A stretch of DNA of 64,000 nt, taken from the NCBI GenBank assembly GCA_034226945.1, contig CP120461.1:496001-560000 (forward strand). Reading direction: 5' to 3'. A model generated the notes under the pieces. That model was given only the letters and a program-made list of their open reading frames with translations. It did not search any database and had not been told where the DNA came from. Below, piece by piece: positions 22,061 through 36,049 of the stretch; position 1 is the first letter of the stretch; each line of letters opens with the position of its first letter. The DNA is from Picochlorum sp. SENEW3. Taxonomy: Eukaryota. Position numbers and translations under genes: made by a program.

Positions 22061-25000
22061 TCAAGCATTCTGCTCGAGCATGGCCTTTATGTCTTTCACC
22101 TGTGCAGCGCATTTTCCAAGAATTTGCTTCTCCCCGCCTGCAGTATCAATCAAAGCAAAAGCTTTGCGGATGACTTTTCGAACCTCTTTCTTCTTGCCTG
22201 AAGTTAACAGAGGCTTGGAGGATTCTATCATGCTTGCTGTTGCCTTCTGATTTGATTTCAAAACGCTGATGACATCTTCTTCACCAAGTGTCTGCAATAT
22301 TATACATACATGTGTGATCAAACAATGGCCAGTAGACAAACCTTTGTTAACATGCATGAACACACCTGTAGGGCATTTCCTACGAGAATTAAAGCTTCAT
22401 TCTGGAGATATGCACTTCTTGCCGAACTACATTTTTCAATAAGAGCAGGAAGTGAAACTTGAACGAGATCAGGCACCTTGCGAAACAAATCTGGGAAAAA
22501 TGCTTTGGTGAGCTTTGACTTCTTCTTCGAGAAATAATCATCTACTGCAGCGATAGCTGAATCATTCACCAGTTTACTGACTGATTCGTCTTCAATTTGA
22601 CGCAAACATTTTTGTAGAAATATATATGCGGTAGTGGCACAGTCGGCAACAAGCCTTACTGGACTCCTGGATGCAAGGTATAGTGACTTTCGAATCTGCT
22701 GCTCCAGCATCTCCACATCAGGCGTGGAAGAATTTGCCAACTCCTGGCATTTGCATTTGACTAATTTGTTCCTTATGAGTCCTGAAAGTCTTTCTTGAAG
22801 TACACGGGAGCCCTCGGGTCTACTAGCCGAGACCATGGATGTGAGAAGCGGGACTGGGAACTCAATAAGTAGGACGCTGTCAGAGCTACGCCTCATAAAC
22901 ATCTCTGCACAGCTTTATCACTCGAAGCTGAAATTGATCATATCATCCTGAATCTGCTTCTTTGATTTTTTAGTGTGGTTGGCGAAATATGCTCCTAGCA
23001 TGGAATCCATTTGGAACATTTGTTCATCCGTAGCATCAGGAATTTCTGCATCCAATTCCATATGTGCCACATCTGCATCAGAGTCCTCTCCTGAGTCATT
23101 TCCACTGTGATCATTATCATCATCATCGTCGTCGTCGTCAGTGATATCCCCTTCCTCCGCTTCCATTTCTGCATCATCTTCTATATCTTCTTCATTGTCT
23201 TGATTTGACGTGTCCATTTCCTGGACAAGTACATCCAAGAGGGAACTAACCCCTGCAGAGGTCATATCGTCTGTGAAGTACTTGAAAAGTAACTCACCAG
23301 CATCTCTCAACGGTGCAGAAGGATATGGAGATTCATTCCTCGACAAGATGCTCAAAATACAGTCAACCAAGACATCTGCCCAGTGTACGTTTTCTTCCTC
23401 TTCAGTATGCGCAGTTTTCTTCTTTCCTTTCTTTCTTTGAAAGCATTCTTCAAAGGTACTGATCAAGTCAATAGCTACACCTTCGTCAAAGGTTTCCGGA
23501 TTTGCATAGGAGTAGATCTCCAACAGATAGATCAGGTGCAAAAAATGATCAATTTTTCTAGAGTCAAAATCCTTTGAATCGATAGCACACGAGTCTCTAA
23601 ATTTTGTGAGAATGTCTGCCGGATGCTCAGAAGCATCTCTCTTTAGTCTTTCCATTAGATACTTTAAAAGATTTTTCTCAAGAGCAACGAGGGCTCCTAT
23701 AGAATTGTGAGCTTTGGAAAGAATCCCAAGTCCATTCATCAAAGCACCCATGATTTTTGCTCGTCCGTCCGTCGGCTCCTCGTCGCTGTCAATTAATGAT
23801 GCACCCTACAGAATAGCAAGAAGTGTGGTCGTAACTCTTCACAGTACAAGCACCAGAGAGCAATAGCAACATACCTCTTTGAGATATGCATCAATCAAAT
23901 TCTTGAAAAGATCTTCACAAGCTTCTGGCTGATTCTGAAATTTCTTTACGATTCCCGGAATTTTAGGCAAATGATGAACATATGATTTATCTTTTGCAGA
24001 GATTTTCAGAGCGTTTACGATTGCCGCCAAACCCTCCATCGATTTGTCATCCTGCTACAATCAAGAAAATATCAATCACATGGGGGTAAAAAGCACACAT
24101 CTCCACTACATTGCATACCATTACGTTGAATCTACTCTTAAAGTAATGTCCTAACTGATTGCCGCTATAGTTGCTGATTTTAGATACAACCTCGTCTGCA
24201 ACCTGAGATGGGAGATCTTTTACTCTCTCTGATAACTTCTGTAAAGCTTGATTACTGGCCTTGTTCAAGTACGTCTGCTTGTTTGAATTATTACCCAAAC
24301 ACTTGATGAATTTTGGAGTAATAAGAGAAGATACCGCATCATCCCTGCAGAGAATTTCTTGTTGATACAGCATTTGTACGACCACAACCACGATAAAACA
24401 TTGCAACGTACTCCAAGCATGGCAATAGCTCATTGAAAAGTAGAATACCCAGATACTTCTTCTCATGAGAAGAGCTGTTGAATAACTCTTTCTCAACCAT
24501 AATATTCCAGAAATTTCCTAGAGATTCCAAGTCGATGGTGCACCTGAGGGGAGGTTCTCCATATCCTGGAACGAGCAGTTTCAACAACACAAACCAACAG
24601 CTGTGAGCTCGTGGATGACAATAGGTCGTATTTTTTAGCAGATGCCGTATTTTTTCTATGTGGTCTTCCTTGAAGAATGCTTTCGAAGCTTTGCTGTTGA
24701 ACCCAGAATACTGTTTGGAGTAGGAACACGTGCGTAGTAATACATCTTGGGATGGCCCAGGCACTCCTTTTGGAACGACGTGACACTTCTTGGAAACATC
24801 TTTGGGCATCAAAGGCCATAAATATATACACAATGTAAACATTTCAGGAGAGAGATGCGACCCTTTCTCTCCAGAACCAATGATTTCTTGTAACTTTGAG
24901 GAGGAAAAGAGTTGACCCAATCCTTTGTCCGCATCTTTCTTTGTCCTGTAGGCTAATTCAACCATCACCTCCACTGCACATGATAAGCGATACGTTATAC

Positions 25001-25748
25001 GAAAGAAAAATAAGAATAATTAAATCTACTTCTTGTCCTCTTCACGTACCACAGGCCTCTGTGACAAAAGATTTTGAGTCTGCCAACTCCAGCAGATCAT
25101 TGCTCATACAAATGACATCCTCTGGAGACATCGGAATGTCACTCTTCACCAAGGATCCAATTCCAAATACGTGCCCTATGACATCCTGGCCATCTTTCTT
25201 TGAGAATGACGAGCGCATGAAAGACAGCAACATGCTAACACTACCCTCCACCTTCTGGGCAACAAGGCTCACTATCCCCGATAAAGCCAATGAAAATCCC
25301 TGCCGAGCACTCTGCCTTGAAGAAGAAAGCCCTTTTATCAACCTCTTCAGGCAGTATCGAGTAAGAGCCGAGCATTGCCTGAGAGACTCGTCCACCCCAG
25401 CCAAAGACTCAGGAGCTGCAACGTCTCTCATATCTTGATTTTCGGCCCTCTCACAATGTTTCGTCAATATATACGCATTTTCAGATCTAATTTTCACATC
25501 ATTCGATGCCAAGTTCCAAAAGCAATCCAGAACCTGCAGAAAATACTAGGATTGTAAACTGCATGCCATTCAAACCAGACCAAGAGAGCCATTCAAGTAC
25601 ATAAGAACATTCATATACCATGAATGATATAATTTACCAACATCAAAACCAACACACGTACCTCTTGGGGAACCTCTGAGGTACCTAATACCCCATTTGC
25701 ATGTGCCTCTGGGTCTGCTTCCGTTTCCAACGGCCTCTTCGCAACCAT
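22061..25748 (-). CDS. Pol5/MYBBP1A-like nucleolar protein (DNA polymerase phi family), multi-exon; frame disrupted at about 22905-22930
   Basis: VLDCFWNLAS, YCLKRLIKGLSSSRQSARQGFSLAL, SSSHEKKYLG, VLVDCILSILS and an acidic tract followed by TDEQMFQMDSML. Confidence 0.85.
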
Positions 25749-26015
25749 GATGTTCACAGTCAGATAAATATATAAACTACTATTACAATTGAAATCTGCT
25801 CTAGTGACACTGGGATCTCCCGTATTTCATTCAACAATGTGGGCCCTGTCACTGAAGGCAATGCAAGTTGCCAAGCTTAATCTTTGCCAAGCTTGGCAAG
25901 TTGGGATCAAATCTGCCTGTGGACAACAATGGCTTCGATTGCCATTCGAAAAGGCAGTGATCGGTGCATCAGAAACCATGTCAATTAAATTCCTTCATAT
26001 GAATGGCACAAGGGA

Positions 26016-26972
26016 ATGGTTGTATATCGTGTCGAAGAAAAGGAGGTCAAGGCCCTGGCGTGGCACAACGACCCTTGTCTGGTTGGTATAGGTTAGTACA
26101 CTGTATTAGAGGGTCGTCTGTGTCTATAACTCAAGTAAGATACATGTGATGTAGATGAGGCTGGCAGGGGCCCTGTTATTGGGCCCATGGTGTATTCCGC
26201 TGCAGTATCAACAATTTCAAACGGAGGCGAACTGAAGAAGCGAGAATTTGCTGATTCCAAGGTTCTTACGGCAGAGAAGCGTGATGAACTATTTGATGAG
26301 ATACAGTCGGACAATTTGCTGTGCTGCTTTGTTGACGAAATTAGTGCATCGAAGATTTCGGGGCTTATGCTTGCACCGGAAAAGGTCAACTTGAACACTA
26401 TTGCGTTCGACTCGACTGTGGGATTGATTCAGAAGTGCCTTGATGAGGGTATGAATGTAGAGGAAGTGTATGTAGATACTGTTGGGGATGCCTCGTCGTA
26501 TCAAGTGCGTTGGATTGCTTGTCTGAAGGCAATTTTTTTGGTTTGGTTGACCATATGAACATTCATGCAGGCCAAGTTATCAGGTCGCTTCTCGGGTATT
26601 AAATTTACAGTGAAACCCAAAGCTGACGCTTTGTACCCGATTGTTAGTGCAGCCAGTATTGCTGCCAAAGTCACGAGGGACCGTGTGATTGAAGGGTTGG
26701 GTGGAGACCGAGGATCTGGTTACCCATCTGATCCAAAGACAAAAGAATGGCTCAGTAGATCGATGGACCCAATCTTTGGGTATGACCAAGCAGTCAGATT
26801 TTCGTGGGGAACTGTGGATAAGATTTTGCAAAAAGGTGTTGTGGTTGATTGGGAATGTAATGATGAGGGAGATGGTAAATTGACATTTACACATGAGAAC
26901 AAAAGGAAACGAGAAACAAGGCATTCGTATTTTAATTCTCGGCGGCTTCAAAAGGCAAGAATATGCATGTAA
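26016..26972 (+). CDS. RNASEH2A: Ribonuclease H2 catalytic subunit A, 3 exons
   Basis: Spliced CLVGI|DEAGRGPVIGPMVY; ADSK, VYVDTVG, KADALYPIVSAASIAAKV and GSGYPSDP. Confidence 0.95.
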
Positions 26973-26996
26973 TAATTCTACGTAATTTTAAATTTT

Positions 26997-29835
26997 TTAG
27001 TCTTGGCAATGGTCGTTCTCTGACGAATCCTTAGCTTTGATTGATGCCTGAGCAGCAGCAAGCCTTGCCACTGGAACTCTCAGGGGGCTGCAACTCACAT
27101 AATCCAAGCCCACCGAGTTTACAAACTCGATACTCTTGGGATCTCCTCCGTGTTCACCACAAATACCAACTTCTATATCTTTGTTGGTGGCCTTACCACG
27201 TGAGCAAGCCAGTTGGATCAGTTCACCAACTCCAGATGTGTCCAAACTCTCGAATGGGTCATGAGGCAAGACTCCCTCTTTGAGATATGTAGTCATGAAC
27301 TTGGCTTCAGCATCATCTCTCGAGAACCCAAGAGTCATTTGAGTCAGATCATTGGATCCAACGCTGAAAAATTCAGCATGCTTTGCCAGGGCTCCAGCTT
27401 TCAGGGCTCCACGTGGAACTTCAATCATTGTTCCAACCTTGAAAGGGATCCTAGCCTGCTTCTGAGCAAACACGTTCTCGGCTGCTTCCTTGACAACCTT
27501 GAGCTGATTGGTGAGCTCTTCCTCGAATCCCACCAAAGGCACCATGATGTGAGGGAAGACAGACTTTCCCTCTGCCTGGACCTCGATAGCAGCCTCGATG
27601 ATGGCAGTGGCTTGCATGTTTGTGATATCTGGATGTACAATTCCAAGCCTGCATCCTCTGAGGCCCATCATTGGGTTTGTTTCATTAAGCCCTTGGAGTT
27701 TCCTCTTGAGAACCAAGTGAGCATTCATATGCTGCCCCGGCTTGGCATGGTACATGGAAACCAGGTCATTGCAGAGTTGATCAAGCTCTGGACCTGCATG
27801 CGGCAAAAACTCGTGCAATGGAGGGTCCAAGAGTCTAATAGTCACAGGAAGACCATCCATAGCCCTGAAAATTCCAATAAAGTCTTCTTTTTGATAATTC
27901 TTCAAAGCATTCAAAGCTTCGTGGGTTTCTTCAGCATGGAGTTCTTCAGCAGCAATCATTTTTCGCACAGCTGCAATTCTTTCCGGTGAGGCAAAGAACA
28001 TATGTTCAGTGCGCACCAGTCCAATTCCTTGAGCACCATTCTTTCTGGCAACTTCAGCATCCTCTGGTGTGTCGCAGTTTGTGAGGACTCTCATTCTTCT
28101 TGCCGAGTCTGCCCAAGACATGAACTCTGCCAGCTGGCCTGACAGTTCTGGCTTCTTCGTTGGTTGCTTATCTTTCAAAACCTCCCCGGTTGTACCATTG
28201 ATACTGATCCAATCTCCTTCTTGGAGAGAGATTTTGCCTACCCTCGCAGACTTGGAGCTGTAGTCCACTTCAAGGGCTTCACAACCACAAACACATGGCT
28301 TCCCCCATCCCCTGGCCACCACAGCAGCATGAGATGTCATACCGCCGCGGGCTGTGAAGATTCCTTCAGCAGCATGCATGCCTCCAACATCTTCAGGCGA
28401 GGTCTCGACTCTCACCAAAATGACAGGATTTCCGTCTGCATGCCATTTCTCAGCCTCATCAGCTGTAAAAACAATCCTGCCACAAGCTGCTCCAGGACTA
28501 GCTGGAAGCCCCTTGGCCATTATTGATGTCTTATAAGCATGGCTTCCAACATTCTCGAACATAGGATGAAGCAGCTGATCCAGATGTCTTGGCTCAACCA
28601 TCAAAACAGCCTCGTCTTGAGTGACCAGTCCTTCATTCTTCAGGTCGACTGCAACACGGAGAGCTGCCTGCCCTGTACGCTTTCCATTTCTGGTTTGTAA
28701 CATGAACAATTCACCATCCTGTACAGTGAATTCGCAATCTTGCATATCATGCATATGGTTTTCCAACAACTGAGTGTCCTCCACAAGATCCTTGAATGCT
28801 TTTGGGAAAGGCTCTGACATCTCCTTGACTGGCAGTGGTGTACGGATTCCTGCAACAACGTCCTCTCCTTGTGCATTTCTCAGGAATTCGCCATATAGGC
28901 CAGGTTCTCCTGTTGCTGGATTTCGTGTGAAGCATACTCCTGTGGCACAATTATCATTCTTGTTGCCAAACACCATGGATTGAACATTCACGGCAGTTCC
29001 AATCAGGCCTGTAATGCGGTTGATTTCCCTATACTTTACAGCCCTTGGAGTATTCCAGGAACCAAACACAGCAGTAATGGCCATTTCGAGTTGTTCGTAT
29101 GGATCATCTGGTATTATTTTTCCTTCTTCTGCATACACAGTCTTGAACCTCCTTACAACCTCCTTCAAGTCGTCTGCTGACAACTCAACGTCGAACTTCA
29201 AGCCTTTGGACTCTTTCACAGCAGAAATTTCCCGCTCGAATTTGCTATGACTGATCCCAAGGACAACATCTCCAAACATGTCAAGGAGCCTTCTGTAGCA
29301 GTCATAGGCAAATCTCCAGCCATTGGCTTCGGCAAAGACAGGAAGGATCTCGTCATTAAGACCAAGATTGAGGACAGTATCCATCATTCCTGGCATACTC
29401 ACTGCCGCGCCTGATCGAACAGACAGCAAGAGTGGCGAGTTCTTTGTGTCTGCAAACTTGCAGCCTCGTGCATCCTCAACCATCTTCAATGCCGCAAGAA
29501 CCTCGTCCATCAAACCGGCTGGAAGCTTATGACCACTGTCATAAAACTGTTGACAGACCTCTGTCGAGATAGTCATACCAGCGGGGACATTCAGACCCAA
29601 TCGGGCCATCTCACACAGATTAGCACCCTTTCCTCCGAGAAGCATCTTCATGCTCTTGTTCCCAGGGGTGTTACCCTTCATAAAGTGGTAAACCCTTAAC
29701 TTCTGCATCAATAATACTTTATAAATATTAGATTTATTCCGTTTGATGAGACAAGCACACGGAAATTTGGAATCCTTGCAAGTTTGATCCCAGTCGGTGT
29801 CGGAGATAAGGTTCACAAACCTTTTGTTGACACAT
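26997..29835 (-). CDS. PPDK: Pyruvate phosphate dikinase; 15-nt first coding exon (29835-29821), intron 29703-29820
   Basis: LLGGKGANL, SVRSGAAVSMPGMMDT, GGMTSHAAVVARG and GICGEHGGDP; start MCQQK|KLRVYHF with gtttgt...tgcag junctions. Confidence 0.95.
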
Positions 29836-29938
29836 CGTCAAGCGAGTTCAGGACAATACAAATAGATCGATGTAATTATTTTTCTTCAATCAAGAATTCA
29901 ACATTCAATTTTTATGCCTGGGATATTTGGGCAGCCGC

Positions 29939-29999
29939 CTTATATACCAACACGCAAGATTCTGCGATAATATATCTGACACGTCAGCACCGACACGTG
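29939..29999 (-). promoter_or_regulatory. PPDK core promoter: TATA box plus two ACGTGTC (G-box/ABRE-like) elements
   Basis: TATATAA at about 29939-29946; gacacgt at 29978-29984 and 29992-29998, the latter overlapping CACGTG (29994-29999). Confidence 0.5.
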
Positions 30000-30089
30000 A
30001 CCTCCAAACGCTTGCCGCGGATATTGTATCTCGCCATGACGCTCGCCATTACAGTTTACGTTTACATCATCGTTTCAAGAGAAAAGTAA

Positions 30090-31486
30090 TCATGGTTTCA
30101 CAAATTGTTGCAGGACCTGTACATCATTGCCAGCTGCATTATTCCTGGAAAGTAACTCGCACTGGCTTACGTGCTGCAACAACTGATCTGCAAGGACGAG
30201 AGCAACCATAGATTCAACCATGGGCACTGCTCTAGGAACAACGCAGGGGTCATGGCGACCTCTGGCGAGTAATTCCATGTCTTCTCCGTCCCTGTTTACC
30301 GTGTTCTGTCTCCTAGCAATGGTGGCTGTTGGCTTAAAGGCAATTCTGAGTAGAATGTCTTCTCCGTTTGATATTCCACCCTGTACTCCACCTGATCTAT
30401 TCGTTTTTGTTCGAATTCGACCATCTTCCATGAAATATTCATCATTGTGCTCGCTTCCAAGCATTCTAGAACCAGAAAATCCACTGCCAATCTCAAATCC
30501 TTTCGTGGCTGGAAGGGACATAACAGCCTTTGCAAGCTCAGCTTCTAGCTTGTCAAAAACGGGTGATCCTAGGCCCTTTGGACATCCTTTCACCACACAT
30601 GTGACTTCCCCTCCACATGATTCTCCTCGTGTTCTCACATCATCAATTGCTGCAACACAAATAGTAAGCTTGCATATAAGCAGAAATGCGTCAGACATCG
30701 TCCATTCAATACATACCTTTGTACATCAAATCTGCTGCTTTTTCATCTGGGCATCGAACTGGATTGCTCTCAATTGCCTCCATTGAGAGTGTGGAATGGT
30801 CCACATCGCTCTCAACATCCTTAACTCTGTTCACATATGCCAAAACCTCTGTGCCTGCAACATCCTTCAAGAGTTTTTTTGCTATCGCTCCAGCAGCAAC
30901 CCTACCGATTGTTTCACGTGCAGAGGAGCGACCTCCGCCAGCAACGGCTCTAATTCCATACTTGAAGTCATAGGTTGCATCAGCATGAGATGGCCTATAT
31001 GCCTTTTCCATCTCGCTATAATCCTGCGACTTCTGATCTTTATTACGAACAAGAATGCAGATTGGAGTACCAAGTGTTGTGACACCATCGGGTGCCATCC
31101 CAGACAATATTTCACAGGTGTCAGTCTCCTTTCTGGGTGTGGTAATACGACTCTGCCCTGGGCGTCTTCTGTCCAACTCATACTGAATCTCCTCCTGCGA
31201 AATATCATCGTGTTATTGCATGAAAACTCTATATGCGTATTATTCGAAGCCCATTGCCTACCTGGGAGATGTTTAAGCGCGCTGGAACTCCGTCAACCAC
31301 ACAGCCGACCCCACCTCCGTGAGACTCTCCAAAAGTTGTGACACGAAACATGTGTCCAAATGTATTCCCAGCAGCATAGACTCGAACAGATTGCCGAGAT
31401 CTCCGAGAAGCTCTCGAAGAAGAACCTGAGAGAGCAAAGTCGCCGCGGTTAGGACGATAAAGCGATGAGAGACTATAGGCCTGCAT
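30090..31486 (-). CDS. aroC: Chorismate synthase with plastid transit peptide, 3 exons
   Basis: [36 protein letters not shown] and [12 protein letters not shown]; Ser/Arg-rich N-terminus. Confidence 0.96.
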
Positions 31487-31837
31487 TCTATCAGCCTTTT
31501 GAGAATGCACGATCGACAGTTATGTAAAATTGAAAATTATGTTTAATTTGAAAGGAATAGCCACAGATGCCGACCAATCCACCCGTGAGGTCTCCTGATG
31601 AATGTGCTTCTCCCATCTCATCCACATGCACATGAGCATCTTCTGTGCTCCAACAGATGATACGCCGATAGGTGCAGCCACATGCTTGTATGGGAGCATT
31701 TGGATAAGTTCATATGTATTACAGCAAAGGCTCTCGACATTAAATATATGCCACATGGCAAGAATTTCACATTTCATTTCTGACCCGAGACCTCATCTAC
31801 CTATCTTAATACAGTGGGACTGGTGGATTCATACTAT

Positions 31838-32542
31838 CTATTCTCCTGGGAGTTCAATTCTACAAACAGGGCACGTGTTGTGTGCTTTCAGCCATGGTAG
31901 CAAACAATCTTTGTGAAAACTCTGCATGGAGGGCATTTGACAGCAAGGTGAGATACAAGAATACAGATACCAGAAGATCACAAGACACGTACATGGCAGC
32001 ATGGTAGTTCTACTACTTTTTCACCTTCTCTAAAATCCTCGTGACACACTGTGCAAGGGTCTCCCGCACAGGTAAAAGCCTCGTTATCACCTGGTTCGCC
32101 CTCAGCCCCACAGGGTCGTACCACCACCTCTATCAGATTATCCTGCGCCTTCCGTGAAGTGGGTTTCGTAGAAGGATTGCTTTCATTCATCAATTGTGAT
32201 GCAATGCGGTCAAACCACTCCTGGTCCTCCCCCTGAAACATCTGTTCCATGGGCCCAAAGAAAGCCCCAAGGGTTCTACATCACATTAATCATCCTTCAG
32301 TGAACAAAGCGATTGTAAAATGTATACACAGACGTATCAACGTACCCTGGATCCAATATCCTCACGGAGTGATGGATACGAAGACCAGGCGGCCCTTGAC
32401 GACGGGAAGCTGGCCTCTCAACGACCTCTGTCGCTCCGCTGTCGCAAAAGGAGCACTTCATGCTCTCGTCTCCATTCTCGGGCATTTCTTGTGGAACATC
32501 ACAATATCTATTGCAGTGGTGACAATATAAACTGGACGCCAT
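31838..32542 (-). CDS. RING-H2 E3 ligase with N-terminal zinc ribbon (RNF126/RNF115-like), 3 exons
   Basis: YCHHC...CSFCDSG zinc ribbon; CTVCHEDF...LPCCH|xFHKDCLLPWLKAHNTCPVCR. Confidence 0.88.
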
Positions 32543-32915
32543 GACTGTGTTCAATAAGAAAAGTCTCGAGCGTGTAGAACCTTCCAGACGGGATGTATCA
32601 AGCAGTTATGCCCTCCCGGGTGCTCTAAGCCGTTCGTTCAGAGTAATATATGGTATAAAATAATGAAATGGATTTCTTTTTTCGCAATGTGGCGATCTTA
32701 CAGTGTGGAGGAATTTTGAATGCCGTGGTCAGGATGGGAAAGGGACCAAATTGAATTCACTCCTATGAACGGACCTCCCTGACCGGAAACCAAATACCAT
32801 TCCTGACCACTCTCCTTCGAACACTAATTTCAGCCATGTGGAAACCAGGATAGTTTACAATCTGGAAAGAAATTGTGATAAAACTTGTCTGTATAATCCA
32901 AGTAACGATCACGCT

Positions 32916-35900
32916 ATGAACGACACCTCAGAGATGAAGGATGTGTTTCAAACGTACCTGGCTTCGATGGACGATTTGACTCGTGTCTGTGCTGTGCCTG
33001 ACTCGCATTCTAAAGTGTGGAAAGATGAATGCATGTTTTGTTATTGCGATTCTGAGTGTGATGATGGGCTTTATATCAACATGAAGACTTTCCAAGGATT
33101 TTGCTCCAAGCACCTGGCCTTGGACCAGGAAAAGCATCAAGGGGCCTTGTACTTGATCGAGAAGACGACAAAGGTACAGAGAGCTGTGATAACGTATGTG
33201 ATGGACATGAGTTGTGTATTGAATCATCACTTTAATGGCGCAGACTCCAAAGAATGTTCAAGAAGAAAAAACAAAAGTAGACAAAATGGCCATTGGTGTA
33301 CCAGGGGGATTTGATGTTTCTGACGGGCAGGAATTTGATATCAGCAAGGACCATGTGATATTCGCCTCGAGCCTTGATGCGACAGTGGGGTTGGACAGAG
33401 AAGTCCTGCCAGATGTGGTGATTGCATCAGCTGAAGCTATCAAAGTATGTTGAAATATTCCAACTTGATACTCTCACTGGATCTCTTATCGTTGGCGTGA
33501 TGTGCAGGGTCACGAAAGTGTGTCAAATCAAACTTCACTGGAATCATGGGAAGAGGAGAGGAAGATTTCCAAGTATGCAGAATCTCTGGAGTTGTTGCCC
33601 TGCACTCGCAAAGTGCCCATGGACCCAAAAGAGGTATGAGATGCTTCCATTATCCTTGGTCTGTCACATGTGTAATATAATCCGTTGCAATGCAGTGGAA
33701 GTGCGATGAGACGGGTGTAACAGATAATTTATGGCTCAATCTCAGCACAGGACACATAGGATCTGGAAGGCCACAGTGGGATGGTACCGGCGGAAATGGA
33801 GCTGCCATGAGGCACTATGAATCTACAGGTAAGAAATATCCTTTAGTTGTTAAGCTGGGAACAATTACTCCTGGAGGTGCAGATGTGTACTCGTATGCTT
33901 CTGATGAGGATGATATGGTTCTTGATCCCAAATTAGGGGACCATTTGGCACACTGGGGGATCAACATGATGAAAATGGAGAAGACAGACAAAACGGTGGC
34001 TGAATTGCAAATCGAAAGAAATCTCTCTTTTGAATTTGATGCTATCACGGAGGCGGGTGCTACGTTAGAACCACTGAGTGGCAAGGGGTGCGTGTCATGC
34101 AATGAGAGATAGTGGCATGAATCACACAAATTCACTGTATTTGTTCACAGGTTTGTCGGCTTAAAAAACTTGGGCAATAGCTGCTACATTAACAGTACTC
34201 TTCAGCTTCTATGGAACCTGCCGGAACTTCAAGAAAAGTATTTATCGAGGGAGGAAACACTATACAAGTCTTCACAGAGTAATCCAGCTTATGATTTCAT
34301 CACTCAGGTACTGACAATAGGTGCATGCCATCAATCATATCGAGTGCGTTGTCCACATGTCTTTTTCTTTCCTCGCAGTTCACCAAAGTCGGAGCAGCAT
34401 TGGCATCTGATAGTCAAGGTTGCTTAGCAAATCCAAAACAGTGTGTATCGCCATGGATGCTGAAGAAGCTCTGTGGCATGCGCCACCCCGAATTCGCCAC
34501 TTGCCAACAACAAGATGCGCAAGAGTTTCTTTCTTTTCTCATTGACCAAGTCGCCAGGGAAGAACACGGAAACAAAGATCGTATCGGTGATTCAAACTTC
34601 GAAAACAATTTCAAAATGGGGTTGCAAACGAGAATCGAATGTCAAGAATCTCACAGGGTATGCGAATCAATTTAAAGACGCCGCTCACGTGGATTTTCCA
34701 GATAACCAAACAATCTATACTTTTGCTGCAGGCTTCCTATAAGAGTGAGCAATCAACGTGCTTGAGCTTGGAAATCCCGATCGATTCTGCGATCAATGCA
34801 CACGAAGTAGAGACTCATTTGAGGGACATTAAGCGCCAGAAAAAGTCAGATGATGTAGTGTTGCCCAAGATTGCACTCAAATCTTGCTTTGAACGGCTGA
34901 CTGAACCAGAGCAATTGACTGATTATTTCTCTGCTTGTCTGAACAAGCGCACAAAGGTAAGTATCTACAAGCTAGCTTCGATGTGACCGTATCACAACAT
35001 CGCCAAATTCTTTTTACGTACGACGTAGGCTATTAAGACCGTCAAGATCGACAAATTTCCAAAATACCTCATCCTCCATGTGCGCCGCTATTACGTAGAC
35101 GAAACTTGGACGCCAAAAAAACTGGATGTGAAGCTCGATGTACCTGAACAATTGTCATTGGAAGAATTCAGGGCTCAGGAGCCAAAGGTGCGGCCTGCCT
35201 CATATAACAGTAGGATCAATATCATCATCTCACTTTAAGACTGTACCTTGCAGGCTGATGAACTTTTGCAACCGGAGGAACCGAGTGATGACGTCAATAG
35301 CGATCTTTTGCAGCAACTTGTTGCCATGGGATTCGATGCGAGCCAATCAAAGAACGCCTTATTGTCCACAGGTAACTCAGGTACGATTGCATGGACGATA
35401 ATTTTCTTCGCCACGTGTTGAAAAGAAAGTAAGTACAACTATATATATATATACCTGTAGACATCAATGCCGCAATGGAATTCATATTAACAAATGGAAC
35501 AGGTATGTCTCACGGTGCCGTCGATCTTTTGTGCTGATTTTATCTACAATTTTGTTGACTCGCAGCGGAGGGCGATTTTTCAGAGGAATCAACACAATCT
35601 CTTGTCTCGATGGGCTTTACTGCAGAACAAGCCAAGGAAGCTCTCAAACAGTGCGACGGGAACGTCGAGCGAGCGGTGGATTGGTTGTTCAGCCATCCCA
35701 ATGGAGTGGAGCATACATTGGATGGCGATTCTTCAAATGTATCAGGTATGGTCCATTGTGAGGACTTGATGTATGGGATCTTCGACAATGTGTTCCTATG
35801 CTTGCAGATTATGAGCTCTGTGGATTTGTGAGTCACATAGGCAAAAATACATCAAGCGGGCATTATGTGTGTCATCTCAAAAAGGTACGTTAAATTTTCA

Positions 35901-36045
35901 AGGAAGTGTAGAGGTTAGAGCAATATGGAGATGGCTGTGTGTGCAGGATGGAATGTGGGTTATTTACAATGACGAGAAAGTTGCGAAATCTGAGAATCCC
36001 CCTACTGAGTTTGGATACATGTATTTGTACGAGCAGAAAAAATAA
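32916..36045 (+). CDS. UBP14: Ubiquitin-specific protease UBP14/USP5 (isopeptidase T), about 14 exons
   Basis: VWKDECMFC, ZnF-UBP ([27 protein letters not shown]), Cys box [20 protein letters not shown], two UBA domains and His box [15 protein letters not shown]. Confidence 0.93.
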
Positions 36046-36049
36046 TTCA

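Noticed and set aside
23107..23140. TCA/TCG triplet run
   Set aside because: Encodes the poly-Asp tract of Pol5; not an independent repeat
27213..27989. 258-aa plus-strand ORF inside PPDK
   Set aside because: Antisense shadow ORF caused by codon bias
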